From Mytilus californianus (Eukaryota): 64,000 bases of DNA. The stretch lies in the NCBI RefSeq assembly GCF_021869535.1, contig NW_026262734.1, positions 59,210,001-59,274,000 on the forward strand. Reading direction: 5' to 3'. Numbering within the stretch: position 1 is the stretch's first letter; every line of letters begins with the position of its first letter. The notes under the pieces were generated by a model. The model was not told the DNA's origin. It searched no databases and saw nothing but the letters and a program-made list of their open reading frames with translations. The position numbers and the translations under genes were made by a program. This document shows, piece by piece, positions 37,709-51,455 of this stretch.

Positions 37709-39974
37709 TTCTATGAAAATAAATATAACCATATTATTACAATGATTTATCTTAAGTCTTATTACATTGTCGAGAGTCATGGCAACTATAAGGCTTATAA
37801 AATAAGTTGTGGTATGATAACCAATAAGACGACCCTCACAAGTGACCAAATAACTTATGAATTAATAAATATAGATCACCGTACAGCCTTCAACAATGGA
37901 AAAAACCCATACCCAATGGTAAGCTATAAAAAGGCCCCGACATGACTTATGTTAAACAATTCAAACGAGAAAAACAAACTGCCTGATTTATGTACGAAAC
38001 AATAAACGAAAAACAAAGATGATATACAGCAACAAACGACAACCACTAAATTACAAGCACCTGACTTGGGACAGACACATACAAATTGTGGATATGGCAT
38101 ATATGAATAGACCTGTCTTATGACATAATACATTTCTACATAGGCAAGATATTCATGTAATTGTTTTATGATTTTGTTTTATCTGAACATAATTATAGTT
38201 TATTTTATTGAAATTATAAGTAATAACACTTGCCAATGTGACAAATATCATTCACAAATCAACGGACAATGATGTAAGCAACTATAGGTCATCGTGTTGC
38301 CTTGAAAAAATAGCAAACGAAAATGAAAGAACATGGAGTAAATGTACATGGGACAAAATCGCGGACCAATACATAGAAAAATAAAAAAAATATCAAGGAA
38401 CAGGGCTTTTATTCCATCTATTTTATTCTATTTAAGCCCATCTATGCCGTATACTAAGCTATAAAAGATTCCGGTATGACAAAATCCGAAACATTTCAAG
38501 AGACTTGAGGTGCCTGATTTTTGCTAAAAATAATTATGAAGAACTTAAAGCAGTATGACGGACAGTAGCCAAGAACAACCACCTATTGTATGATATACTT
38601 ATTAAGAATGTGGTGAATTTCATTTTTCGTCTATTCACGGTCAAGAATTCTTTTTCCGATCAGGAATATTTCAATGAGCATTTAAAGAGTTTAAACTATA
38701 ATTGCTAGCATGTTTCAAAATATCTAATTATTAGCGTATGGCTGGTCTTTTTAGCATAAGACTGTGTCCTATCCCAAGTAATACTTCATGGGTGCATGTC
38801 CATCACTGAATTTCGACATGAGAGTTGATACATGTATCCGTATTTTCCACCTGCTCCCCCTTGGAATAGAGATGTATTGGTAAAACAAACTCTTATAAGA
38901 AGCTTCTAAAAGGTCCTGGTGGGCCTGTTGTGAATAACAATTCTTACTTATCCAATGGCAGTCCAATTATCATCCCGGTCGATCCACCTTTGAAAACTTA
39001 CCTATCGTATGAAATGTCAATTTGTTCTCGTCCTGAATAATTCCAACTGGACGTTACGAAAGAAGCAGGCAATTAATCTTTGAAGAGTGTTCAGTTGTAT
39101 TTATGAAATCGCATTGACCAGAGAACCAGCCATTCATCTTTCGGCAGGGACGGGTGTTTTTTTTCTAGGTACACATTTATTTCGACTGTTTGACTCAAAA
39201 ACAAAGTATAATTTCAATAATTAACATATAGGAACAAGGTGTTTGTTAAAAAATCGAAGTTATATTTACCCCCTCGTTTATGTCAATGGAAACTTCCCCA
39301 ATTGGTCATCCAAGACCAAAGAAAGGTTTTACTTATTAAGTTGACAGCATCTGCTTTCCGCAAGTTTATATTTTTTTACATGTTATAGTTCACAACCATT
39401 TATCTCGTGATTGATTTATTTGGGTACATGTATAGTGCAACTAATTGCATATCCTGCACCTAGTATAACATTGTAATGTAGTCCTAACAATGTCCAGAAA
39501 CTTAAAAAAATGTATCCAATGACATGTATAAAAGCCTAATTTTATCTAGGTGAAGTCGGTCACAAGTTTATTTATTATATATATAGATATGTGTACTTGT
39601 AAAATATCAAGTTGAACAAATTTAACTAGAAATGCATAAAGTTGGTAAATAAAATGATTTATCAGTAAAATCAATTACAAAATTGACATATAATTCATAT
39701 AACGATCATTTGTAATAGTATGTGAAACAAATTATAATATAAATAACATTACCTTTTGGATAAATAAATTCACAATTACATATAGGTCATACAGTTAGGA
39801 TACATAACATATAACAACATTCTATTAATAACATCACAATGATATATGGAATACCAATCGTATCAAAATTATCTACAACAACGTTTATCAGTTTACACAT
39901 AAGGTATATGTGTTTGGACAACTTTACCAATAGAGTTTTTAATTCTAGCAATATACAATTTAGCAATATATAAA

Positions 39975-40490
39975 CAATTATCTTACCTCCTATTCATTTC
40001 TAGGAATATGATTGGTTAAAAGCAACCGCGTGGAGACCGTGTATATGTCATATTAGGTAAGTAGGCGGGGCTTATTTCATTACACGGTTAGTAGTGGTGT
40101 TACGTCCCTATATAAAAACAACACGGTGTTGTGGAAAAATCTGAAAGGTTTCAACAGACAAAGAAATTGATGATGAACGATTGAAATAAATTCATAAAAC
40201 ACATTTAAAGCTAACAAGTTGTTAATGTTGGCATTTGTTTTTGTATAGACAAATTGAAGTACGTTCTAAATGCTAAGTATTGAAGACTTAATCACTTTGA
40301 TAGGCCACTAGTCTATATACCATATGTTAAGATAGTCGATAAGATAAATTCGTTTCACAGTATGCTAGTGACCTAATACGATATATATGGGTTCAGTTAA
40401 TTCCATATGATGATTCGAGATTCGCTCTCACCCCATATGGAATTTACTGACCCCATTTATATCGTATTAGGTCACTAGCACACTATGTAA
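39975..40490. mobile_element. Hairpin-ended element with promoter-like motifs (deleted second copy 43365-43620)
   Basis: 39980-40200 aligns with 43370-43560. The terminal hairpin at 40352-40490 (ctagtgacctaatacgat...atcgtattaggtcactag) collapses to gtgacctaa..ttaggtcactag at 43570-43610. Confidence 0.7.
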
Positions 40491-40772
40491 CTAATAATAT
40501 GTATTGAACGTATTTGTTTTCCCTTATATTCTATTTATATACACAACAAATAATTAATGTCTACCATAAGTAGGTTATAATGTGGCAGAAACGTCTTAAA
40601 AATGTCATGGTTACTATAAAAATGTAAAAAATGTTCCCTATTGGAATTTTTCAAAACAATAGTAGTCTTTTTGTTAAATTTCTAATCTTCTTCAACACAT
40701 GCACGTTCGTCTATTTTTGGAGGTCGGGTTAGAGTTAATGTTTCTCAATTTTTTTATTTGCTGTGTAGTGTA

Positions 40773-40869
40773 GTGTGAAGTCGTCCATCTGTGTCAATAT
40801 TGAGGAAAAGATCAAGGTATGAAGCAGTCCTTCTAGTATCAGTAGTATCCTTAATAAATCCGACAGACG
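40773..40869 (-). repeat. 97-bp exact copy of 36041-36137
   Basis: gtgtgaagtcgtccatctg...ttaataaatccgacagacg is identical at both sites. Confidence 0.95.
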
Positions 40870-41171
40870 ATTGTCTGATCTAGGTTTGGTCATGTTGTCT
40901 GTCTATTTTGTCTTATAGGTTATGATTGAATTTTATCACTTGACTTGACATAAAGTAATGTGATCTTTTTTACAAAAAAGATAAGTATATTTTATATACT
41001 TGGATAATTAGGTTTAACCATAAGTACGTTTACTTACTTGCTTTTGTTTATCCAATCTTCAGAAATGTGCTGCTTTTTATAATAAGTGTCTCCCCGTACT
41101 CTAATTCGTCAAAAGTTCTTTCGTATGCAGTGACCTTAAGTGTGACATCTCTTGCTAGTTTACGGCAATCA

Positions 41172-42321
41172 CACAGCACAAGTGCGAATGGGAAACTGTG
41201 CTGAACAGTTCTAGAGCAGTTTTACATTTATAACACTGTAAGAATCAGTTCTAGGGTATCAATGTCATAATCCGTTCCAGAGTACAACTTTTTAGATCTG
41301 TTTACGAGTAGAACTGTCAGAATAAGTTCTAGGGTAGAACTGTCCGAATCCATTCGTTAATAAGACCAGTTCTCTGATTGTCATTTAGAATAAGGACATT
41401 TAGCTGGATTTTTCCAGTCTATCATATTTTAGTCAAACAAGATTAAATACTAAGAATAAGAACAGTCTTTGATGTATGTTTTAGTTCTGTTATTTCTCCA
41501 TGTTTATCATTTATTTTAAATCAAAAATCATTTTGATTGTATACAATGTAATGCTTAAACAGTGAGGAAATACACTTCTGACATTTCTGCCATTATTATT
41601 ACACATACAAGTAATATAGTATTTAGGAAGACAATTATACAGGTCACGGATATCTTATTTAAATATGTTAAATAATTGGAATGTGCACTACTTGTAAATT
41701 TTGTTAATTATACTGTGTCAATATTTTTCTTGGGGAGTGTTTTTATATCCGAGTTAATACATATACCTGAAATTACATAATCTTATGAAATGATCCATAT
41801 GTATGACTTTTGAATTATCTCAGTCCAAAAGGTTTAATACTAGTATTATTGTGTAAATTTGTAGCATGCGCTTATATTAACAACAGCTCATAAAGCTAAA
41901 GGACAGAAAAAAAGACAATATCAATAATAAGCATGTAAAGTAACAACGATGTATTTTGTTTGAAATGATATAAAAAAAAGAAAAGAAAAAGAAAAGAAAA
42001 GAAATAGATCAATAAATAAATGAAAAAAATAAACAAATTCATAAAAAGAGTAAGAAAGGTAATAAAAAATGAAATAAAATAACATAAAATAGATATTAAA
42101 TAGATTTGAAAAAAAAACTAAATAAAAAGCTAGAGCTGTCTGAGACTGTTCTAGAAATGTTGCTATTAGGATCTGTTCTAATCGCGAACGGCCTAAACTG
42201 TTCTAGGGTAGTACAGTAAAACTCTGTTATAGGCCAGAACTGTCAAAACTTTTCTAGGTTAGAACTGTCCCAAACTGTTCTATGGTCTACAGAAACAAAA
42301 CAAAAAATAATTTGTGCAGTG
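41172..42321. mobile_element. Putative non-autonomous CACTA/EnSpm-like element with subterminal repeats
   Basis: Ends cacagcacaa ... ttgtgcagtg (CAC(A/T)GCACAA, inverted). Clustered ctgttctag / agaactgtc motifs at 41190-41350 and 42135-42290. Confidence 0.55.
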
Positions 42322-44279
42322 ACTTTTGTTTTGCTTTGTTTGACGGTTTGTCTTTTACCTTTGGCAATGAGAGTGTCTATCTTTGTTTTGTAGTTTTTTA
42401 TTTCCTCATTGGTGTCTTACTACCTTCTGGTCATTGAATGACAACATCATGCATATGTTTTATAAAAAAAACTTGTGAAAAATTCTGAGTGGGAATTAAG
42501 TGCTGTTGCTCATATCTTAGTACGAATTGGCAAACAGACAATTAAACAGCGTTTTCACTTAACATGTTTATTAACATAAATTATACAAATTGGTTTTTCC
42601 GTTTGAATGGTTTTACACTAGTAATTTGTTGGGGCCCTTTATAGCTTGCTGTTCGGTGTGAGCCAATGCTCCGTGTTGAAGGCCGTACCTTGACCTATAA
42701 TGGTTTACTTTTATAAATTGTAACTTGGATGGAGAGTAGTCTCATTGGCACTCATACCACATTTTCCTATATCTATTTGAGAGTCAAAAAAGAAACATTT
42801 CTAATATAATTCAATTTGCTATGCGTTTATATCTTACGGTCGGGAATTATGTCCAGTTAAATTATAAGTATGTTATTTAAAAACTTTATAAATTTTGAAT
42901 TCAAAGGAGCAATTATTACCTGAGTTGACTTTTGAATTATCTCAGTCCAAAAGGAAATTAAGTATTGTGAGCCATTGATTTTTTTTTTTTTTTTTTTGGT
43001 TTTACAAAATCTAGCGTAACAGAAACGAATTCAGAGTTGAAAACATTAGGCATAATATCACAGTTACAAGAATTAAACTACGATCTTCCATTATCTTATA
43101 AGGGCATTAATCTGAAAACCGTGTTTACCTCCAAACATATATTTGATATGTATTAGTCTTAATGTTGTCGAATTCAAACAGAAATTGAGATGTTTGTTGT
43201 AAATAGACATGTACATGTGTTTTGTTTTACCAAATTAAAAAAAAAAACATATACAAAATTGGTTCATATAAAACCATGAATAGAAGAGAAACTACACATG
43301 CCCTGACAAAAAGAAACAGACGAACAGACATACACCAGTCAAATATACACTACACAGAAATCTTATTATCTGACCTCCTATTTACTTCTAGGAATTACAC
43401 TGGTTAAAAGCAAACACGTGGAGACCCTGTTTATTTTATATAGGGCTAGTGGGTGTGTTTTATTTTAATATACGGTAAGTAGTGGTGTTACGTCCCTTTA
43501 TAAAAACAACACGGCGTTGAGGAAAAATCTGAAACGTTTCGCCGGACAACAGATGAAGAATTTGAAGCCAGTGACCTAACACTATGTCCCTTATTAGGTC
43601 ACTAGTACAATGTGTAACGGCATGTAATAATATTGAGTAGGATAGTCCCCATCAAAAACTGTGGTGAACTGATATAATCCAGAATAACCAACAGTCCCCG
43701 ATGGATGACCAGTTAAAATGAGTCATATCCGCCTATAGGGCATCATAAAAAAGAAAGATAGCCAAAATATGAAATATCATACTTTTCATATAATACAAAT
43801 CATTTACTTAAACATATTATTCAAGTTAGTAAATTCAAGCAAATAAGATTCTACAGTAAAATTATGAAGTAGGCAAAATAGTAAACAACTGAACATATGT
43901 AACAAATCGTGACTTAATATTGCTTTATTTTCATGTTAGTCAACCTTTAAGATATGTGACAAAGTAAACAAAACATAGCATAACAAACATGTATAAATGA
44001 TAAGAATAAAGCATCTATAATTAAACAAAATAGTTCAGTTTATAATTCAATCGCGTCCCCTTAACTTTTAGTACTAACGACTGTTTCATATATAAATTGC
44101 TTTCTATCTTTTTATATTGATGCCAGTTTAATGGTTTTAGATATGAAACAGAAAAACAATCAAACCTATCAGAAACACTTCAGATAACTCTGATTGTTTT
44201 GGAACATTTCAACATTTCAAAATAAGTAAGGGAGATAATAATGAATGATATAAACAAATAATGTATTGTCCTTCAATTG

Positions 44280-44449
44280 CTACAACTTTGATTCATATTT
44301 AGTCGTCTCTACACAGCCAGTATCAAGACTGCCGGGGTTGACGATAGATTTTAGCTGCAATTTGTTGTACTGCATTCTTTCTTTGTAAATCTGTTCAAAT
44401 TCAGCATTTTGTTGCAATGTAAAATAAGTTTTCCAGTCGTCCTCTATAC
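44280..44449 (-). CDS. Sulfotransferase B exon 5 (last; ends -SKL)
   Basis: ttttatatag| (G)IEDDWKTYFTLQQNAEFEQIYKERMQYNKLQLKSIVNPGSLDTGCVETTKYESKL*; 170 nt. Confidence 0.93.
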
Positions 44450-47340
44450 CTATATAAAACAACAAGATATAAAATACATATTTATGTTAAAATAAAAATA
44501 TATGATGTCTGAAATTTGCCTATGGTCTGCCTTATCAATGTTTCTACCACAAAACTTTATACTTATTAATATTTCTCATTGTTAGATGAAAGGGATAATA
44601 CATGGTCATTTAAGTGCACAAATGTAATAATTATGTAACAGTGACGACATAAACATATAAAAATTGAAAATGGTGAGTTGCATCTGGTTTTATAGCTAGC
44701 TATACCTCCCACTTGTATGACATTTTTGTATATATAAAAATAAGAAGATGTAGCATGATTGCCAATGAAACAACTTTTCACAATAGATTAAATGACATAG
44801 ATATTAACAACTATAGATCACCGTACGGCTTTCAACAATGAGCAAAGCCCATACCGCATAGTCTGTTATAAAAGGCCCCGAAATGACAAATGTAACACAA
44901 TTCAAACGAGAAAACTAACGGCCTAATTTATGTACAAAATTATGAACGAAAAACCAATTTGTTATACAGCAACAAACGACAACCACTGAATTACAGGCTC
45001 CTGACTTGGGGCAGCCACATACAGTTATAGTTAATATAGTTCTGTAATATTTACAAAACTTGGTGAGCAATCCAAACATCATACGTAAATGTGACAATAA
45101 TTTGGATCCAGCAGCAAAAACCAAGTAAAATATAAAAATAGGTCAACAAAAACAAAACCAACACTATAGAAACCTCTTGCGTCCGAATCGCTATTCTGGC
45201 ATCGTTTCACAAAACTTCGTACCAAAAATCTTAAATCTTCCGTCGGTCGTATGTTTAAACGTAAGATTTTGACCGTTTCATAAAAAATCGAAAGTAAGAT
45301 TTTTTCGTAGATTCGATCGTAAACTTACGAGTCGTAAAAGGTAGTAGTAAGTCGAATCGTAGTGGTTTCATATGTTGACATTTTGTTAAAATCAACAACT
45401 TGTCATTATCAACAGAAAAAGTAAAATAACAAAAATACCGACATGACCGAGCTCCAAAGAAAATTTAATTTCCACGGAATAAATAAGAATACATGTACCC
45501 ATGTTATTTTGTCCCAATCAAGAGTTACTGAAAATTTAAACTCCTGAGAAAATCGTAAATTTACCATTCCTAAAAATACAGGCCTTTTGAGTTTATTTTA
45601 AGTGAACTAGAAGCAGCACCTAGCTTCCAAAAGTCCCCTTAATTGACCATTGAAAATAGAAGTGATCGAGTTTGATCAACTCTAGAGGGACATCCTCTTT
45701 TAATTAAGGAAGATTGGTACATTCCTTGCATTTTTGAATCACTGAATATTCCCAAAAAATAAAACACGAAACTTTTATTTACTAGTTCTTCAGTCGTATG
45801 TCATACGCAGTATACACCCAGCTTGTGGAGTTCTACACGGTGATTTTGAAGGTAATAATGAATAAATACGCCAAGCTAAAAATACAGTCATCCTCATTGA
45901 ATGCATGGCCTGGTGAATGAAAATGAAACTGATTAAATCAAGCAATTCATGCAAAAATCCATAAGGAGAAAAAAGCTCTCAAAAGTACATTAAAAGTGCA
46001 ACAGATGATTTATCAAGGCAACCCCTTATGTCCCGCCGCTATGTTTTAGTAGTAAAAATATCAGCTCGAACTAGTATCAATTTCGCTATTGCTCATGTTT
46101 ATTTTCCCCTCTAAAAAGTACTGAAATGTTTTTTTTATTAGTCGAATAATATGTATATTACTCGTGATATACTGTACATTAAGTGAAACACTTTTTTTAA
46201 CCGACATCAGGCCATAATTGCGTGTATGCCGAAAATCCAATGTACATGTATACATGTATACATAATTAAGTGACGCGCATCTGTGGTAGGAGACATGATA
46301 AATAACAGCAAATAAAAAATAACAGAAAACAGAATATTTGTTTTCGTGCGATAGATTATTTTCCCTCGAAATACTTTTCTGTTCCCTCGATTTATCCATT
46401 TAGGTATTCCCTGTAAATACATCTGACTTCGTCAAAAATATATTCGATATATAAAATTCCATTAATTACAATGTTAAGACGGTCCCTAGCATCGTCGATC
46501 ACGGTACATCTATGAATAAAAGAAAACAGTATATATAGGTTGATTATATCAACAAATACTCCCATAAATGCTCAGCAATTTCATCGCAAACAATAGAGTT
46601 ATAGTAAAGTATAAAGTCATAAAGATATTAGTTAAATATTTTTGCAGGAAACTGTATGATTGATTGATGTTCCGTGTTGAACATACAGTTGCAATATTTC
46701 ATGCATACGAAAACAAAATGAATCGATTCTGCAGATTTGTCGGCAAGTAACAATTTCTCTTTTTAAAAAGTGTGTGTTGGAAAGGGCAGAACATTTTCAT
46801 TGCAACAGGCCATCAACAGACCTCTAATAGCGATATTACAAGTATTCGTTAACGCGCTGAGAGTATGGCATTCGCCTGCACGGGGCATCGGATTTAACGT
46901 TTCCACTTCGACCGGACGTGGCTGCGTATTTATACATCCAGTACATCCGAACTGACTCCAGCAAGGTTTTACTTCATGACGAGACCAGACAGTACAATAT
47001 TTGTTTCTACCAGTCAATTCATTGGGCTGAAATAATAAGTAATGAAGGAATTGATCGGTTGGACATGTTGTTTGCATAACATGCCTGGTGACAAATAGGT
47101 TCAAAGAGAGAAAGTTAAGTAGTCGTGAAAGTACAAAAGTATACACCTCATGAATGGGAAAACATTTTACAGGCTCCATCTAACAGAGAACAAAAAATGG
47201 AAATACCGGTTGTATGAAAAAATATATAATGTATGGCATGGATGTTTGAGCTCATTAAACAAATATAATGATGAGCGATTAAAAGCATAAAAGCAAAGGA
47301 TATATTTTATTCCACGACAGACTCTTGAAGTTTAATGCGT

Positions 47341-47600
47341 TAATTTGATTGATTGATTGATTGCTCATGTATAACGCCACTTTCATTATTTTGTGCTACA
47401 TCGTGGCCGCCAATTGTTATTGATAGGGGCAGTCGAAGTGCCCGAGGAGTACCACCGAATTTTAGCAGGAAAACTGGCAATCCTAGTCACTGAATGGTCG
47501 GAGTCCGGCGACTGCGCCTGCTAAGAGCGGGGTTCGAATTAACCACCTCACGACAGTGTTAACATGCTAGTGATCGCTGTAGTTGACTTACTTATACAAC
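47341..47600 (-). mobile_element. tRNA-headed SINE (same family as 33020-33265); a more decayed copy at ~53925-54110 (-)
   Basis: Minus strand ggggacctcggtgtccgagttg ... aattcgaaccccgct ... gattgccagttttcctgct ... ccacgatgtag ... with a (caat)n tail. Confidence 0.8.
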
Positions 47601-49289
47601 TCGGACACCGAGGTCCCCATTCTTTGTAAAATTATGAGAATTACTTGTTTGCCTATAGTAGTGGTTGTTGATAATATTGAAATGTGTTTCCTATCTTTGA
47701 CATTTTCTTTCGAGTTAATTATATTTACAACATGCATCTACATGTATCCGTTATGATTCCAAGTATTTCAAAATTAAGATATAAAAACGTTTGCCGTTGC
47801 TTCTGGAAAAGTTTAGTTGCTTTGGATCATTTACAACAATTCTGCCTAATAGTATGCACCTAATTTTGTGTTACACTTAGAGAGCATATAGATTATAAAT
47901 GTCCTGTTCACCCGGTAGCATCTGTAATAAATTCAAGCTGAACATTAATATAAAAATTAGGAGATGTGGTATGATTGCCAATGAGACAACTATCAACCAA
48001 AGTTCAAATGGAGTGGATGTTAGTAATTATAGGCAACCGTACGGCCTTCAACAATTAGAAAAACCCATATTCATTAATTTAATCACCCCCATTATGTTGC
48101 TCCGAGCAAATATATATATAAAAAACATGTCACCATTTTTCGAAGGTTACAAGATATCAAATTCATTGATAGTGGCGGTGGGGCCATAAACGGTTCTTAA
48201 CATCAGTTGTCCTAATGATTGCAAGGGTCCGTTTTCAAAGAAATAGGAAAAGTCAGTTATAGCGTGTATAATAATAAATTTTTGGTTTAAGTTACTCTGC
48301 GATTACATCAAAATGAAACTGTGTACGCATGTTCATTATGTAGAGAACGGTTTAACATAATGCTATGCAAACTTCACATTGATATGTAATAGTGCTAGCG
48401 GGAATTGCTGTCCTATGGAATATTTTCTTTGCACAGATTCTGGTTAATGTATCGCTTTTTAATTATTTAAGATTAATGTTTTCGAACACAAAATGCTGGT
48501 TATTTGAGGGTCAGAATGGGGTTTACAGAATAGAGAATATAGGACTTGTATTACAGAAAAAACCGACCCCATATATATAGAACAGGAAAAATAGGACAAA
48601 ATAATATAGAATACAGATTAATCAGGTGAAGTAATATAAAGAATAAAGAATACTTTGCAAAATTAATAAAGAAAAAAGAAAAAAATGGTTTAAAAATTAA
48701 AGAATACAGAATTAAAGGAAACCCTCCTCGGACCCTATAATATTATTGATATTTTAATCTATAGTTACTAAACTCACGACCGTAGTGCACTCGTTAAGAA
48801 ATTGAGGCAAACGGGGTCTGGGTGATGTGGCCCCAGTGAGATTTAAGATACACCCTAATAGATACACAAATCAGTAATTTCAAATTGATTTTTGTCATTT
48901 ATGTGAATGAGAAATTTTGGGGAACTCTAACCCCAAGATACAAAAAAAATATGTACAAATGTATGCTTGATAATTTAATATCTCCTGACGAACATTATAT
49001 TCTAGGGTACAATAGAAGCAGATGCATAGTATTAACAATATGCGACGAAATGAACTTCTAGAGCTACATATCATGTTAATGCATAGATATTTCACTTTCT
49101 TAGCGTTGTCTAGACCGAATAATCTGTCTCTTGTGTGTTTATATTTGTCATTCCATATTTCCTTTTAATCATCTAGACTTGAGTTTATATATAAACAAAA
49201 CCCAACTGATAAACAGGGTGTATGAAATGACAAATAGGAAAACAGAAACTAGATGCTTAATGAAATTTCTACCACTTCATAATTAACCT

Positions 49290-49520
49290 TTGATGAGAGG
49301 CGAGGGATACCAAAGGGACATTCAAACTCGTCGAAAATAAACTGACAACGTCATGACTAAAAAAGAAAACAGAAAAACAGGAAAGCAACAGTACACAAAA
49401 CACAACATAGAAAACAAAAGACTGAGCAACACGAACCCCATCAAAAACTGAGAGTGATCTCAGGTGCTGAGGAAAGGTAAGCAGATCCTGTTCCACATGT
49501 GGCACTCGTGATATGTATAA
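49290..49520. repeat. Abundant interspersed repeat 'gataccaaagggacattcaaactc' (related pieces ~3190-3310, 27230-27330, 50450-50580)
   Basis: Shared aaataaactgacaacg.catg.ctaaaaa and aactgatgttct...acagttcc motifs. Confidence 0.6.
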
Positions 49521-51274
49521 TTTCACTCACACAATTAAGAAGTTCATTTTGATTTGGTTTAATAAAGACCGAAGTCCTTTTGTCATTCTTAATCATGACA
49601 AATATCAAAAACAGATCCAGCTTGTAAAAAAACCCATCTTGAGGCAATTCTCCTAATAAAACCAAAAACGATCAAATAACTGAAAAAAATAGACTGGACA
49701 CTTACCTCTCAAAACCTTTTCACCATACCAAAAAACCTGACGAAAATTTTAAAATACGATTTTGAAAGCTGACCTGAGAATAATCTGTGATTTATATTTT
49801 ATTCGGGTTTTAAAAGAAAGATTCTTTTAGACATTGACGTGCCTGTGTAAGAGAGTACATTTATTTCCTTGTAATCGTAAGTTTACGTTTCGAACACCAT
49901 TGCAAAACACTCGAGGTGAAATCTTACGAAATTCGTAAGTATATACGTAAACGTAAATCGTTCGATCTTTAGCGAAACGCTAGCCTGGATCCACACCTGG
50001 AACGCCCAAATCCAAAAACCAAAATCAATGTAAATGTTGTGTCTTGTTAAATTGAATATGAACAACAAACGGTTTATGAAAAAATATAATAAATGGACTT
50101 GGAACTGCTTGTATACTTCTTTGCATCGTAGTTCACTAAGTTTTGAGGGATAACATTATGGGAGGGGTCATGCTGCTTAACTGGTAATGTTCTAAGCAGT
50201 GAATTGTATACTGTTGTTGGAATATTTTGTTTTCTTTTGGCAACGGTGTTTACTGTCATCCCTTTGTAGTTTCTTATTGCCGCTTTGGAACATTTTCCTG
50301 CTTTTGACACTTGTATCTTCATTTTTTATGAGAAAAAGACAGATCTCTTTTCGTGGGGATAAAAATGTTGCTTACATCTGAGTATTGATGAGAGCAATTA
50401 GAATATGAGGCAGTATTTAAGTTAATAATAGCCCATGTCCTGATCATCGAAACAGACACAGTCAAACAAAAACAGCCCACAATACACTACACAGAAATCT
50501 AAATATTGAGTAGCAGAGTCTCCATCAAAAATTGGAATGAACTGATGTTCTGCGAACGATTCAACAGTTCCTCCCATTAAAAGAGTCATATCCCTTTGTA
50601 TAACATCATTTAAAAGGGAATTAGTGAATTCATTGTATCTATCTTATCAAAAGTGAAATAAACAACAATTCAATACACTGTATGTCCATTTGAACCCTAA
50701 GCATTGGTACTATCTAAAGTAGTTATCTTGCCAAAATATCTGCTGCTGACTTTCAGTAAGGTTCCAAAGGGAATTTTTTAACGCCACTGCCGCCATGTAT
50801 ATTCCCCAATCAAAATTGAATCAGTACAATTTGTTGAGAGGCTTTCAAATATTATTCACTTGCCGTTTCAAAAAAAAATGTCTCAAAGTTGAAAGGAAAT
50901 GCTAATTTTCTAATTTTCCAAAACCAAATCAAATATTGCCTGTGACGGCCTGGTTTTTATTCTGATTTTAATAAGATATACATAATTTTTAAATATTTGG
51001 TTTACATTGGTTAAAAGATTCCATAGAAGTGAATGAAAATATGAAAGATTAACTGAAAAGAGACGAATGGCCAATTGAGATAATAATGCTAAGTGCTTAT
51101 CGGAGTTAACAAACCAGTACATGCAGTACAAACTGAAATTGTGTTTAAATGTTTGACACATTCTGGCTTCGCAAATCCTTTATATGAAACTGTTCATGTC
51201 CGTTCCTACACTGTTCGTACTGTTGTCAGCATAAGTGTCTCGAGAAATATACTATAAAATAATCATAAACTGAC

Positions 51275-51455
51275 CTTTCCTGTATAAAGGATATTCATTG
51301 TCTGTAAAAACGTTCCCCATACGTTGTCTAATAGCCGCATCTTTAGAAGTTTTCATATTCAAAAACTTTGTTTTTTCTGCAATGGTCCTAATTGTAGAGT
51401 CTTGTACATCTAGCTGAAGAAATCGAGCGAGTCTTTTAAATTCATAAAATGGATC
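51275..51455 (-). CDS. Sulfotransferase B exon 4
   Basis: tttttgcag| DPFYEFKRLARFLQLDV...EYPLYRKG |gtcagt; 181 nt. Confidence 0.93.

Noticed and set aside
38760-39130. GC-richer segment with a minus-strand donor (gatag|gtaagt) and short ORFs
   Set aside because: Stops in all frames and no recognisable motif; cannot support it as an exon, although a SULT-A UTR exon is not excluded.
41126-42323. 9-bp direct repeat tgcagtgac as a Mutator-type TSD
   Set aside because: The right copy overlaps the CACTG-type terminus and there is no TIR at those boundaries; probably coincidental.
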